57,617 nt of DNA from an uncultured Candidatus Saccharibacteria bacterium (GCA_964469605.1 CAYXZA010000005.1:1-57617), one strand, 5' to 3'; shown: positions 29,079 to 37,532, counted from the first letter of the stretch. Notes: generated by a model from the sequence alone, not told the origin. Made by a program: numbers and translations.

Positions 29079-29330
29079 TTAACTGTAATATTTTACAACT
29101 ATATAAGTTCCAATAAATGAACCTATTGCAAGTGGTATAACATATAGATAGTTTTTAACATAATTTATAACACCAAAAGCTATTATAAAATGCATAAGTG
29201 AACCAACAAAGGCGGATTTGATAGGTTTTTTACCAACAACAGCGAGTGTATAGTAGGCATAAAGACCATCTATAAATATATAAGATAAAAAAACTAAAAC
29301 AGCTATTGATATATCTATATTGGAAAGCAT
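29079..29330 (-). CDS. Small membrane protein
   Basis: 83 aa, three TM segments. Confidence 0.5.
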   Translation of the reverse strand: MLSNIDISIAVLVFLSYIFIDGLYAYYTLAVVGKKPIKSAFVGSLMHFIIAFGVINYVKNYLYVIPLAIGSFIGTYIVVKYYS

Positions 29331-29382
29331 TTTTTAAATTATATACAAAAAAGATAAACAATAAAAGATAAAAAAACCGCTA

Positions 29383-29886
29383 TTAGCGGATAACCATATT
29401 TATACTTGATCTTAAATTAGGTAAAATTTCTAGCCAAGGGTAAATATTTGTATAAATAGAAGAAAACTGAACTCTTAACCGATCATCAGGATATAGCTCT
29501 GATAATTTCTTATAAAAACCACTTACTCTACATGCAGAATTATAACCAAAAATAAATTTTGGATATCTACCCATAAAAGCTCTGGTAAACAAAGCTGCAT
29601 CAGCAATCTCCCTTAGTGCAATAGGCTCCAATACTGTAAAATCATCGAACAGAACCATGCAGTCACCACCAAGATCTGCAGCTCTTATAAATCTATAAGC
29701 TAAAGAATCTGGATCAAAATCTTTACAAAACATAAATGTTGCCAATACTTCAGCTATGTATGGTATGTTTTCTTGCATTCCAAACATATTCCAATTAGGA
29801 TTTTTTTTACCAATATCATAAAGTTTAGAAGCAAAAAATGACAGCATAAAATCTGCCGAAAACAAGGTAACAATTCCTTTATTCAT
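29383..29886 (-). CDS. Hypothetical protein (167 aa)
   Basis: Complete ORF, no motif recognised. Confidence 0.5.
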   Translation of the reverse strand: MNKGIVTLFSADFMLSFFASKLYDIGKKNPNWNMFGMQENIPYIAEVLATFMFCKDFDPDSLAYRFIRAADLGGDCMVLFDDFTVLEPIALREIADAALFTRAFMGRYPKFIFGYNSACRVSGFYKKLSELYPDDRLRVQFSSIYTNIYPWLEILPNLRSSINMVIR

Positions 29887-29994
29887 ATCTAAAAAAATTG
29901 TATCAATACTATGAACTTATTTAAACTTGACAATACAAATAAAAGATGTTTAAAAAATCACAATCTCTAATTAAAACATCTATATAAAAAATTA

Positions 29995-30134
29995 TTAAAA
30001 ATCAAGTAAAAGTGGTAAATGGTCAGAAACTTCATCTGACAACACTTTAAAATCTTTAACTTCAATATCAGGTGAAACTAAAACATAATCAGCAAATCTC
30101 TCTTCTTTTTGGTAGTAACTGCTCCTAGTAGAAG
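29995..30134 (-). pseudogene. C-terminal fragment of an endonuclease/exonuclease/phosphatase (EEP) family gene
   Basis: Ends in DYVLVSPDI....SDHLPLLLDF, the characteristic EEP C-terminus. The upstream catalytic part is absent. Confidence 0.45.
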
Positions 30135-30875
30135 TTATATTAAATTTTTTAACCAGAGATATGTTTGCTTCAAAAGTTCTTCTTCGTCTTTCCAACTATT
30201 AAAGTTATGATCTGCATTTTTTATATTGATTATTTTTTTAGGATTATTTGCATTTTTAAAATACTTCATTCCTGGATTTAAATTTCCATTTTTTCCAGCT
30301 GTTATAAATAAAACGGGTTTTTGTATTTTCTTTATCAAATCTCCGCAATCTGGAAAATTATTAAGTTCTTCAACAAATTTTTTTCCTACCAATATTTCAA
30401 TACCGAAATCTGTAATATATTTATCTATATTTTCATTAAAAACCATATCTCCTAATGGAGATTTTTTAATAATAAAAGAAGCATCCCAGAAAACATAACC
30501 ATCAATTTTAGATTGATCAGTAAACATAAGCGAAGTTCCTCCGTAACTATGACCGACTAAAAATATTTTCTTATATTTTTTCTTAAAAAATTTAATAATA
30601 GTATTTATATCTTCTCCATGTTTAGTTATTGAAGTTTCATTAAAATGTCTTGTATTTTTACTATTACCCGCATAAAGACTAAACCTGAAAGTATCAAAAC
30701 CTTTGGTGGTTATAAATTTACTGCCATTAAAAAATATATGCTCATTTGGTTGACCTGTAAAACCGTGAACAAAAATTACTAATTTAATATTATCATCTTT
30801 TGCAATACCTAAAATACCCTCAATTATTTTTTTATCAGACGTTTTAATTTTAATTATTTTTTCCTTGGGTTCCAT
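30135..30875 (-). CDS. Alpha/beta hydrolase
   Basis: Nucleophile elbow GHSYGG; HGFTG oxyanion region. Confidence 0.75.
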   Translation of the reverse strand: MEPKEKIIKIKTSDKKIIEGILGIAKDDNIKLVIFVHGFTGQPNEHIFFNGSKFITTKGFDTFRFSLYAGNSKNTRHFNETSITKHGEDINTIIKFFKKKYKKIFLVGHSYGGTSLMFTDQSKIDGYVFWDASFIIKKSPLGDMVFNENIDKYITDFGIEILVGKKFVEELNNFPDCGDLIKKIQKPVLFITAGKNGNLNPGMKYFKNANNPKKIINIKNADHNFNSWKDEEELLKQTYLWLKNLI

Positions 30876-30958
30876 GTTTTTTTATATTCAAGGAAAATTA
30901 TACCATAAAAGATGCTTAGTTTTTAAATTTCTTCAATTTCAAGACCATTAGAAAAATC

Positions 30959-31408
30959 TTAAATTTTTATTTCATCTCTTATCTCCATCCACATCTTGCC
31001 AATATGGTTTAAACCATTACCATCCTCTCCATCATCCCAAAATCCGTCTCCTGGCGGATAAGTGACAATATGCTTTACAATCTTCATATCTCCTGAATCA
31101 ATCAAAGCCTGCTTTACTTCCTGATGTTGTTCTGTTTTCAATCTCATTAAATCCTTCATTACTTTTAATTTATAATCTTCATTTTTAAATTCTGGTATTT
31201 GAAGGTGTTTATATTTAGAAGATATTTCCCAGGCTTTTACAGGACTATGAGCATTTCTTATCTCTTTAATAATTTTTGAGTCAGTATATCTTTTACATTG
31301 ATATGCATGTTCAAGTGTCGGAAAAACGAGACCATCAATTTCAATTGAATGAGCAGTATGAGGAGAAAAATATATATAAAATTTTTCCAAAGGATAAGTC
31401 TTATTCAT
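30959..31408 (-). CDS. NADAR (YbiA/DUF1768) family protein
   Basis: FSPHTAHSIEIDGLVFPTLEHAYQCKRY and GDGFWDDG motifs. Confidence 0.75.
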   Translation of the reverse strand: MNKTYPLEKFYIYFSPHTAHSIEIDGLVFPTLEHAYQCKRYTDSKIIKEIRNAHSPVKAWEISSKYKHLQIPEFKNEDYKLKVMKDLMRLKTEQHQEVKQALIDSGDMKIVKHIVTYPPGDGFWDDGEDGNGLNHIGKMWMEIRDEIKI

Positions 31409-31955
31409 TTTTATTTTTCATATATATTAAAGTATCATACCCATTTAAAACTCTATCTTTTGGATCAACCTCAAGACTTATTAAAAATTCAAATAATTTA
31501 TTTTGTATTTCTTCTCCGTCAGTATCTTCAACTATTTTTTCAACTTCAATAAAAAAACCGAGTCCTTCAACATTATCTAAACAAATTTCACAATCATCAT
31601 ATTTTGTTTTAATCCTTGTTTTATATATTTCTACAATTTTTTTATATCCCATTAAAATCAAGGCCTCCTTAAACTCTTCTGGGTCAGAAATTTCAGTTTC
31701 TCTTTCTATTACATCCATTTCATTTTTCTGTGGCTGTTTTAAGGTAAAGATATATTTATTATTATTATTTTTTCTTATACGGAGTATATTTTTACCAGAC
31801 TGAAATTGGTCATATGGTCCATAATCAGAATCAACAAAAGTTACATCATCTTGAATTATTGGTTCAGATAAAACACAACCCATTTTTATAAGTTTTTCTT
31901 TAATCTTTTCAATATCAGATATTTTAGCCTTTACTTCTATTTCTTTTCGCATCAC
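31401..31955 (-). CDS. CYTH domain protein (CyaB-like)
   Basis: N-terminal EIEVKAK motif; size and beta-barrel pattern fit. Confidence 0.7.
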   Translation of the reverse strand: MMRKEIEVKAKISDIEKIKEKLIKMGCVLSEPIIQDDVTFVDSDYGPYDQFQSGKNILRIRKNNNNKYIFTLKQPQKNEMDVIERETEISDPEEFKEALILMGYKKIVEIYKTRIKTKYDDCEICLDNVEGLGFFIEVEKIVEDTDGEEIQNKLFEFLISLEVDPKDRVLNGYDTLIYMKNKNE

Positions 31956-31981
31956 AAATTATATTATAATAAACAAAAATC

Positions 31982-32200
31982 TTAATCAAATTTTTTAGTT
32001 ACCCTTTGAAAGAATTGATCTTTTATTTTTCTATACTCATCCACTGATAATTATTAAAGTTAATTTTGAATAGATGTACCGCCTATATGCTCAACTAAAA
32101 CAAAAGGTAACTTGCTTAGTATTCTTTGCTTTTGCTCTTCAAAAACCTTATCCGCCAAAATTTTGAATTTTTCTGAAGGTTGAAAAAATAATATTTTCAT
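31982..32200 (-). pseudogene. Internally deleted GrpB paralog remnant
   Basis: Minus strand reads MKILFFQPSEKF...VLVEHIGGTSIQN then a stop (GrpB N-terminal HIGSTS-type motif). A short out-of-frame C-terminal-like piece (EYRKIKDQFF) follows. Confidence 0.4.
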
Positions 32201-32229
32201 AAAAAGTATTATATTATGAACCTAGAATC

Positions 32230-32266
32230 AAAAAACCACTTTGAAAATTTTCCAAAGTGGTTTTTT
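32230..32266. terminator. Near-perfect palindrome / bidirectional terminator at the left edge of the GC-rich island
   Basis: aaaaaaccactttg (32230-32243) pairs with caaagtggtttttt (32253-32266). Confidence 0.55.
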
Positions 32267-32268
32267 AA

Positions 32269-32398
32269 TCAGCATTGAGCTACAAGCCAATAAAATGAAA
32301 GTGTTAATAAAAAAATAATGCTAGAGGAGAGAGATTTTAATCTAGCTCACATTATTTTTAATTTATTTTCACATTTATGACTAATAGCTCAATACTGA
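32269..32398. repeat. 14-nt inverted repeat pair flanking ~100 nt directly downstream of hammerhead 1
   Basis: tcagcattgagcta (32269-32282) versus tagctcaatactga (32385-32398), 13 of 14 complementary. Confidence 0.5.
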
Positions 32399-32412
32399 CT
32401 TTTTTTATTATA

Positions 32413-32465
32413 CCCTGTTTCGTTCTTTCGAACTCATCAGTCGAGATACACATCTCGAGACAGAG
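32413..32465 (-). ncRNA. Hammerhead ribozyme, type III (HHR-1)
   Basis: Minus strand: CUCUGUC UCGAGAU-GUGU-AUCUCGA CUGAUGA GUUC-GAAA-GAAC GAAA CAGGG. All core nucleotides are present. GUC cleavage triplet, predicted cut between 32459 and 32458. Stem III 6 bp, stem I 7 bp, stem II 4 bp with GNRA loop. Confidence 0.85.
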
Positions 32466-32557
32466 GAGGTATCAAACCAAGACACCTCCAGTTAAACCAA
32501 GGGAACAGTAGTTGGACTGTTTCCAGAACCTGCACCTGCCAACTCAGGATTAAAGAA

Positions 32558-33667
32558 CTACTTCTTGTTGCGTGCACCCCACTTAGAAGCGAGAGCCTCG
32601 AGCGAAACGGACAACTTAACTGACTGTTTTGGTATCGATTGAGCTACCTGCGGATTATGTAACCGTCTAGCAAGGGTAACTTCAACCTCTGCAACAACAG
32701 CATTGGCGTTAGTTATCCATTCCACGCACTCTTCTTTCGTTTCTGGAATGGAAGCAAAGTAAAAACTATACAACTTATCCAGCAGACTAGATTCAATCCC
32801 GCATGAGGCGTACGTGTCGTAGAGACTCCTGACATGATTTTGGACTTTTTCAGCCTCGGAAAGAATATTTTCGATTTCACGCCGATCTCTCGCTTTAACT
32901 TTGGCTTTTTCCAGCTCAACCTGTGCATTGTTGAAAGCTGTCTCGGCTTGCATACGGACCCGAAACCACTCTGTCTTCCATATGATCGAATCCGAAGACC
33001 AAGACCTGGAAGCAGTCAAGGTTCCAAAAGCAAAAAGGTCTTCGCCTGTCATCACGCACCTGCCGTAAACGACAGTGATGATGTCAGAGAGGACTGTTTT
33101 GTCGGTGATCTCCGTTGGAACAGCAATGACTGGCCTATCAATCCAGCGACTCCACTGCCCTTCATTCAGCCGACTCTTCATCGATTGCTTCAGAGCAACA
33201 ATGTCGCTTCCTTCTGCAAGTGCCGACCACGAGGTCGACGACTTGAGAACGATGTGAACTGCGCGTCCGCCAGGGAGCTTCACTCCCTCATTTGGCAATT
33301 CATTCCAGCAGTTGCTAGAAATGAACTCATCACCGAGCGTTACTTGCGGAAGTCTCGGCGTGTCGCAGTACGGTTCACGATACTCCACTGGCACCACCTT
33401 GCCGAGAACAATGATCGAATCGGGATTCATTTCCCGAGTCAGATTCACCAACCCGACATCAAGCGCCGGAAGCCGGAGTAAATCGAGATTGGAAATTGTC
33501 GCGCAAGAGATCGCACCTTTGAGACGCGATCCGAGCCACAGTTTCCATTCCTCGTTCGTCATGACGGGGAAAACGATTTCCCCCGCGCGATTGTTCCACT
33601 TCCGAGCCTCCATCTGGATGGCCCGGTTGGCGGCGATAACCGCCTGGATAGTTTCAAAATTCGTCAT
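32558..33667 (-). CDS. GC-rich orphan protein (369 aa) with C-terminal coiled coil
   Basis: SD gaggag 5 nt upstream of the ATG, preceded by conserved leader copy A. No family recognised. Confidence 0.75.
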   Translation of the reverse strand: MTNFETIQAVIAANRAIQMEARKWNNRAGEIVFPVMTNEEWKLWLGSRLKGAISCATISNLDLLRLPALDVGLVNLTREMNPDSIIVLGKVVPVEYREPYCDTPRLPQVTLGDEFISSNCWNELPNEGVKLPGGRAVHIVLKSSTSWSALAEGSDIVALKQSMKSRLNEGQWSRWIDRPVIAVPTEITDKTVLSDIITVVYGRCVMTGEDLFAFGTLTASRSWSSDSIIWKTEWFRVRMQAETAFNNAQVELEKAKVKARDRREIENILSEAEKVQNHVRSLYDTYASCGIESSLLDKLYSFYFASIPETKEECVEWITNANAVVAEVEVTLARRLHNPQVAQSIPKQSVKLSVSLEALASKWGARNKK

Positions 33668-33671
33668 TTTA

Positions 33672-33764
33672 TCTCCTCAAGCAAGGGAACATCATGTCCC
33701 ACCCCTGCTCGGCCCAATTAAGGACTTTCCATCTTGCGACGGACTTTGTAGAGCTGGGTGCTCG
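33672..33764 (-). promoter_or_regulatory. Conserved structured leader, copy A (upstream of ORF369)
   Basis: ~93 nt, near-identical to 36247-36340. Three hairpins: gagca..(u)gcuc; ccgucGCAAga(u/c)gg; and agcagggg/cccuugcu, which ends 1 nt before the SD. Confidence 0.6.
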
Positions 33765-33918
33765 AGAAAATAATTGGAAATTTTTAAGTTTCCACACGAA
33801 CTCCTATCAGCTTTCGAATTGATTCGTTAGCTGAATAAGAGAGGCAACAACATGGTCGCCTCGTAAACCTAAACCATGCACCCCTGTATATAAAATATGA
33901 AGAGGGTGCGAAAGAACA

Positions 33919-34281
33919 TCAAAGGAACAGTTGAAGGGTGTCCTCTAGCCCCCGAAGTCTGAACTTAAATATGTAACCATCACTGATCTGTATGAGTTCA
34001 GACTCCTCAATGGTATCGCGGGGAAACTGCCGAAGAAGGAATCTTTCCACCTCCAGCAACATTTCCTCTCTCGTCAGGCGAGTAAGCAGTCTCTCTCTCA
34101 TCTCTTTCCACTCTTCAACAAAGAAGAGTGACCTGAGATGATCAGAATACTCCTCGGCGATTTTTTCACTACTAGGAACTTCTCCCGTTTTTTTAGTCCA
34201 AAACCACAATTCGCCAAAACAAAAGCGAAAGTATTCCCAGACCAGAAACGGTAGAAGGAAGACGTACTTTACAAGCCACAT
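33919..34281 (-). CDS. Small orphan protein (120 aa) with hydrophobic N-terminus
   Basis: SD aggag upstream; starts 9 nt after the helicase stop. N-terminal hydrophobic/aromatic segment. Confidence 0.6.
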   Translation of the reverse strand: MWLVKYVFLLPFLVWEYFRFCFGELWFWTKKTGEVPSSEKIAEEYSDHLRSLFFVEEWKEMRERLLTRLTREEMLLEVERFLLRQFPRDTIEESELIQISDGYIFKFRLRGLEDTLQLFL

Positions 34282-34289
34282 CTTTTCTC

Positions 34290-36242
34290 CTAATAGATAC
34301 TCATTTGTCCCGCGAGCCAGGAACAGAAAACGTCTGCCGCTTTGGGATGAGTCGGCGTAGGCACGATCTCTTCTTTGATTTTGGAACCATTGAAGAAAAC
34401 ATGCTGATTTGAAACAACCGAATCTTGAATTGGATCAAACCAAAGATCAACATCTTCAAACCTAACCAGTTGAGGAGCGATCTCCATCAACCACATCGGA
34501 TCAACCTTTGTAGCCATGCGAACGAGCCGCAGAGTCATGGTACCACCGCGACGAGTCTTGATTTCAAGATCGAATGGCAGTCCAACGATCCAATCGCCAG
34601 ACCTCACCACCGACTCCCGAGCAAGCTGCCGATCGGTATCATCCCCATTTCGCCACCGACCGTAGTCGTTGCAGTAGAGGTGATCCACCATTCCGGCGCA
34701 AACAGCCTTCAGGATATTATCCCTCTTACCGCTCGACCGAAAATTACGAACTTTGTCACGCAACGCTTCCGCGAGGTGGCGACGCTTCTCCTTTGCTTGG
34801 AAGAAGGCTCTGACGAAGATGCCGTTGTCGACCATCACGTCCTTCTGCATGTTCTCAGCCGCTTTCCATACTGCAAGCTGAGCCATGAGGTCTGACGAAT
34901 CCTCGGTGCCAATGAGACTCCTCCACTTGGGAGTCTCCCATTCGCTCTTCGGACGAGCAGTGATTTCTCCCTGCTCGAGAATGGCAGCGATCGTTACAAC
35001 GTCGTCCACCACTCCCAGCCGATCGGCTTCTACCACCATCCGTGCAAACTGCACGGAGAGTGGCAAACGCGCGACTTGCTTACCGATTTGAGTAACGGCA
35101 CCAGTTTCCGAAAGACAACCGAGCGCCTTGAGTGCACGCTTGGCTTCGTGGATCTCGCTTTTCTTGGGCTGATGGAAGAAGTCAAGCTTCTCCATATCAA
35201 ACCCCGCTTCAGCGAGACGCAGAACTGTCTGATCAAGCCGAGAACGGAGAATTTCCGCTACCGGGAAATCAGGGCGATCGTATGCCGGACACATGTCCAC
35301 ATAGATGCCTGGCTTCGTGCGACCAGCGCGACCTTTGCGCTGCTTGGAGTCGGCTAACGAAATCGGTTTCAGATAAAGTCCTTCGACTCCATCCACCACC
35401 TCCACTCGCCGTTCCATTCCGCCATCCACCACCGCATCGATGTCGTCGATCGTGACACTTGTTTGCGCTACGTTCGTCGATACGACGCACTTGGCTCGCG
35501 GGTAGCGACGAAAAGCTTTCGCCTGTTCGTGGCTATCTAACTCGCCGTGAAGCGGGAGGACTTCAGCCGACACACCCGAACCCTGAATGATTTGGATGGT
35601 TTCGCCGATTTCCTTTTTACCTGCTTCAAACACAAGGACGTTGCGTCCTTGCTGAAGCAGAGCAATCGCTTCAGTTGCTGTCTTTGTCGTGGTCGGTCGC
35701 TGTTCCGTCACCGGAAACAAACAACCTGGCACAGATATGATCGGTGCGCCATCGAAGAACATCGAAAGCTTTTCGGCTTCCAAAGTGGCACTCATGAGCA
35801 CCACCTTAAAATCGACACCCCGAGACAGCATGAGCTTAGCCCATGCAACCAGAGTCTCGATATTGATGTTCCACTCGTGTACCTCGTCGAGGACGAGGAT
35901 CTGGTGCTTGCCCGCACCCATCAGTTCCCGCACAAGTGCGAGACCATCAGTGCAAAACAAGCAACGAGTCCACTCGCTGTCTTTCCGCTCCATTGCGGTG
36001 CGGAAGCCAACAATCAAGCCAAGATCCTCACCCCATTCTTCAGCTACCCGTTCAGAAACCGTACGAGCAGCGAGACGACGCGGCTGGGTGACAACCAAGT
36101 CATACCCCGCCTCGAGCAGGTATTGTGGCACTTGTGTGCTTTTTCCCGCTCCGGTTTCGGCTGTGATGACCACGACCGCGTTTTCCTTGATCAACTTTAG
36201 GATCTGATCCTTGAAGTTAGCGATGGGTAACGTTGTATTCAT
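34290..36242 (-). CDS. DEAH/RHA-family helicase (HrpA/HrpB-like, compact 650 aa)
   Basis: Motif I AETGAGKST, Ia TQPRRLAA, II LDEVHE, III SAT, V TNVAQTSVTI, VI QRKGRAGR, followed by HA2-like and OB-like C-terminal regions. Confidence 0.9.
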   Translation of the reverse strand: MNTTLPIANFKDQILKLIKENAVVVITAETGAGKSTQVPQYLLEAGYDLVVTQPRRLAARTVSERVAEEWGEDLGLIVGFRTAMERKDSEWTRCLFCTDGLALVRELMGAGKHQILVLDEVHEWNINIETLVAWAKLMLSRGVDFKVVLMSATLEAEKLSMFFDGAPIISVPGCLFPVTEQRPTTTKTATEAIALLQQGRNVLVFEAGKKEIGETIQIIQGSGVSAEVLPLHGELDSHEQAKAFRRYPRAKCVVSTNVAQTSVTIDDIDAVVDGGMERRVEVVDGVEGLYLKPISLADSKQRKGRAGRTKPGIYVDMCPAYDRPDFPVAEILRSRLDQTVLRLAEAGFDMEKLDFFHQPKKSEIHEAKRALKALGCLSETGAVTQIGKQVARLPLSVQFARMVVEADRLGVVDDVVTIAAILEQGEITARPKSEWETPKWRSLIGTEDSSDLMAQLAVWKAAENMQKDVMVDNGIFVRAFFQAKEKRRHLAEALRDKVRNFRSSGKRDNILKAVCAGMVDHLYCNDYGRWRNGDDTDRQLARESVVRSGDWIVGLPFDLEIKTRRGGTMTLRLVRMATKVDPMWLMEIAPQLVRFEDVDLWFDPIQDSVVSNQHVFFNGSKIKEEIVPTPTHPKAADVFCSWLAGQMSIY

Positions 36243-36246
36243 TTAG

Positions 36247-36340
36247 TCTCCTCAAGCAAGGGGAATTTCTTTCCCACCCCTGCTCGGCCCAATTAAGGAC
36301 TTTCCGTCTTGCGACGGACTTTGTAGAGCAGGGATGCTCG
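36247..36340 (-). promoter_or_regulatory. Conserved structured leader, copy B (upstream of helicase)
   Basis: Same three-hairpin arrangement as copy A. The third hairpin's loop differs completely, while its 8-bp stem is retained. Confidence 0.6.
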
Positions 36341-36364
36341 GAAAACAAACTGAAGCACAATTTT

Positions 36365-36413
36365 CTGTTTCGTTCTTTCGAACTCATCAGGGTAAGTACG
36401 CACTTACCGACAG
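36365..36413 (-). ncRNA. Hammerhead ribozyme, type III (HHR-2)
   Basis: Minus strand: CUGUC GGUAAGU-GCGU-ACUUACC CUGAUGA GUUC-GAAA-GAAC GAAA CAG. Core and stem II are identical to HHR-1. Stem I is entirely different in sequence but still 7 bp. Predicted cut between 36409 and 36408. Confidence 0.8.
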
Positions 36414-36508
36414 TGAGGAGTTTTGCAATTTACCTTTTGCAGGTACTCCTCAAACCTTTTGAACCATAGTAATTATTTATGAGTCGCTACCACAAACGAC
36501 TACACCGA

Positions 36509-37054
36509 CTACTGATGGATGGTGTGTGAGCAGAATAAACCATCGGGAGCTTTTTTCAGTTCCTTAAGGTCTCTCGCCACCCCCCAACCAGCTTCGCTGG
36601 TACGACCCAGTAGATAGGACATCTGCTGGGCACTGAGAGGGTAAAATTGAACTCCCACATCAACACTTTTTTTCTCCCGACCTCCTTCAAAAGTGGGAGC
36701 TTGATACTCTTTGTATTCATGAGAGTACCACGCCGGACCATTGTTTCCATCCCACTGATGTACACCATCACTCAAACGGACAGTGTCCACCTTGAGACGA
36801 AAGTTCAGATAGACCCTTCCGCGTTTGACCGTGATTGAGTCGCAGTACGAGAGTTCCCAATTAGTGGGCGTGGCCTCAAACTCTTCTTTTTTGCCAGGGC
36901 GGCTTAACAGCCACTCTGACAGAGTTTTCCCTTTCACGGCGGTGAACCGCTGGGAAGCGGGCAGTGGCATACTTTTTTCCATCACCTTGACAAACTTTGC
37001 CACCACGGCGCGGGCGCGGTGAGAAAAAGGAAACTCACAAATTGATTCATACAT
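36509..37054 (-). CDS. GC-rich orphan protein (181 aa)
   Basis: Complete ORF with SD gtgagg upstream; no family recognised. Confidence 0.7.
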   Translation of the reverse strand: MYESICEFPFSHRARAVVAKFVKVMEKSMPLPASQRFTAVKGKTLSEWLLSRPGKKEEFEATPTNWELSYCDSITVKRGRVYLNFRLKVDTVRLSDGVHQWDGNNGPAWYSHEYKEYQAPTFEGGREKKSVDVGVQFYPLSAQQMSYLLGRTSEAGWGVARDLKELKKAPDGLFCSHTIHQ

Positions 37055-37102
37055 ACAAACCTCACTTCGCCGTTTATCGCCCGGCCGGCGGAATTTCCCT
37101 CA

Positions 37103-37157
37103 GTACAGAGGGCAAATTGTTAATCAATATTATTGATTAACAATTTGCCCTCTGTAC
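37103..37157. repeat. Perfect 55-bp palindrome (27-bp arms, 1-nt centre)
   Basis: gtacagagggcaaattgttaatcaata t tattgattaacaatttgccctctgtac, located 49 nt upstream of the ORF181 start codon. Confidence 0.95.
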
Positions 37158-37234
37158 ACTATCTATCTATAGCTAAACTTTTTATTCAGTCTTCCAAATC
37201 AACGATTCTTTTAAAAATCACAAACTTAGAAGAT

Positions 37235-37263
37235 GAGCCGAGTGCAAACCATGAACTCGGCTC
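37235..37263 (-). terminator. Hairpin terminator after the 23-codon ORF
   Basis: gagccgag/ctcggctc stem, followed on the minus strand by a U-containing tail. Confidence 0.5.
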
Positions 37264-37337
37264 GTGAACCTAAACCATGAGACAAAGAGTCAGCTCTGTC
37301 TCGAAAGAACATTACCCACTGACTTGGGATTAAAAAT

Positions 37338-37409
37338 CTACTTGGACTTTGCAGCCAAAGCGTCCTGGCGGGATAGACAAACTACCCCGTTAACGACGTA
37401 AAGAGTCAT
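37338..37409 (-). CDS. Possible 23-codon micro-ORF (MTLYVVNGVVCLSRQDALAAKSK)
   Basis: SD aaggag 9 nt upstream of the ATG. Very short, so coding status is unproven. Confidence 0.3.
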   Translation of the reverse strand: MTLYVVNGVVCLSRQDALAAKSK

Positions 37410-37532
37410 TTTGTTGATCTCCTTTAAACCTATTCTCAAATATATTTCATGCTTTGTGGAACAGAAATATATAAACAATCCAGGCCCACTGTCTTGCAAC
37501 ATGCGCCCGTGCCAATTGTGCCAATCGAGAGA

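Noticed and set aside
33788-33836. Third hammerhead-like stretch upstream of leader A (minus strand cagc-uaa-cgaaucaauucg-aaa-gCUGAUAGGAGUUCGUGUGGAAAC)
   Set aside because: The core reads CUGAUAG instead of CUGAUGA, so essential G8/A9 are swapped. No stem II can be drawn, and no GUC/stem III partner is evident. At best it is a decayed copy, and it is not called as a ribozyme.
32713-37022. Numerous 60-217 aa ORFs on both strands overlapping ORF369, the helicase and ORF181
   Set aside because: GC-rich DNA has few stop codons in off-frames. All overlap longer ORFs that have SD sequences and, for the helicase, clear motifs. Their Arg/Ser/Pro-rich translations look like shadow ORFs.
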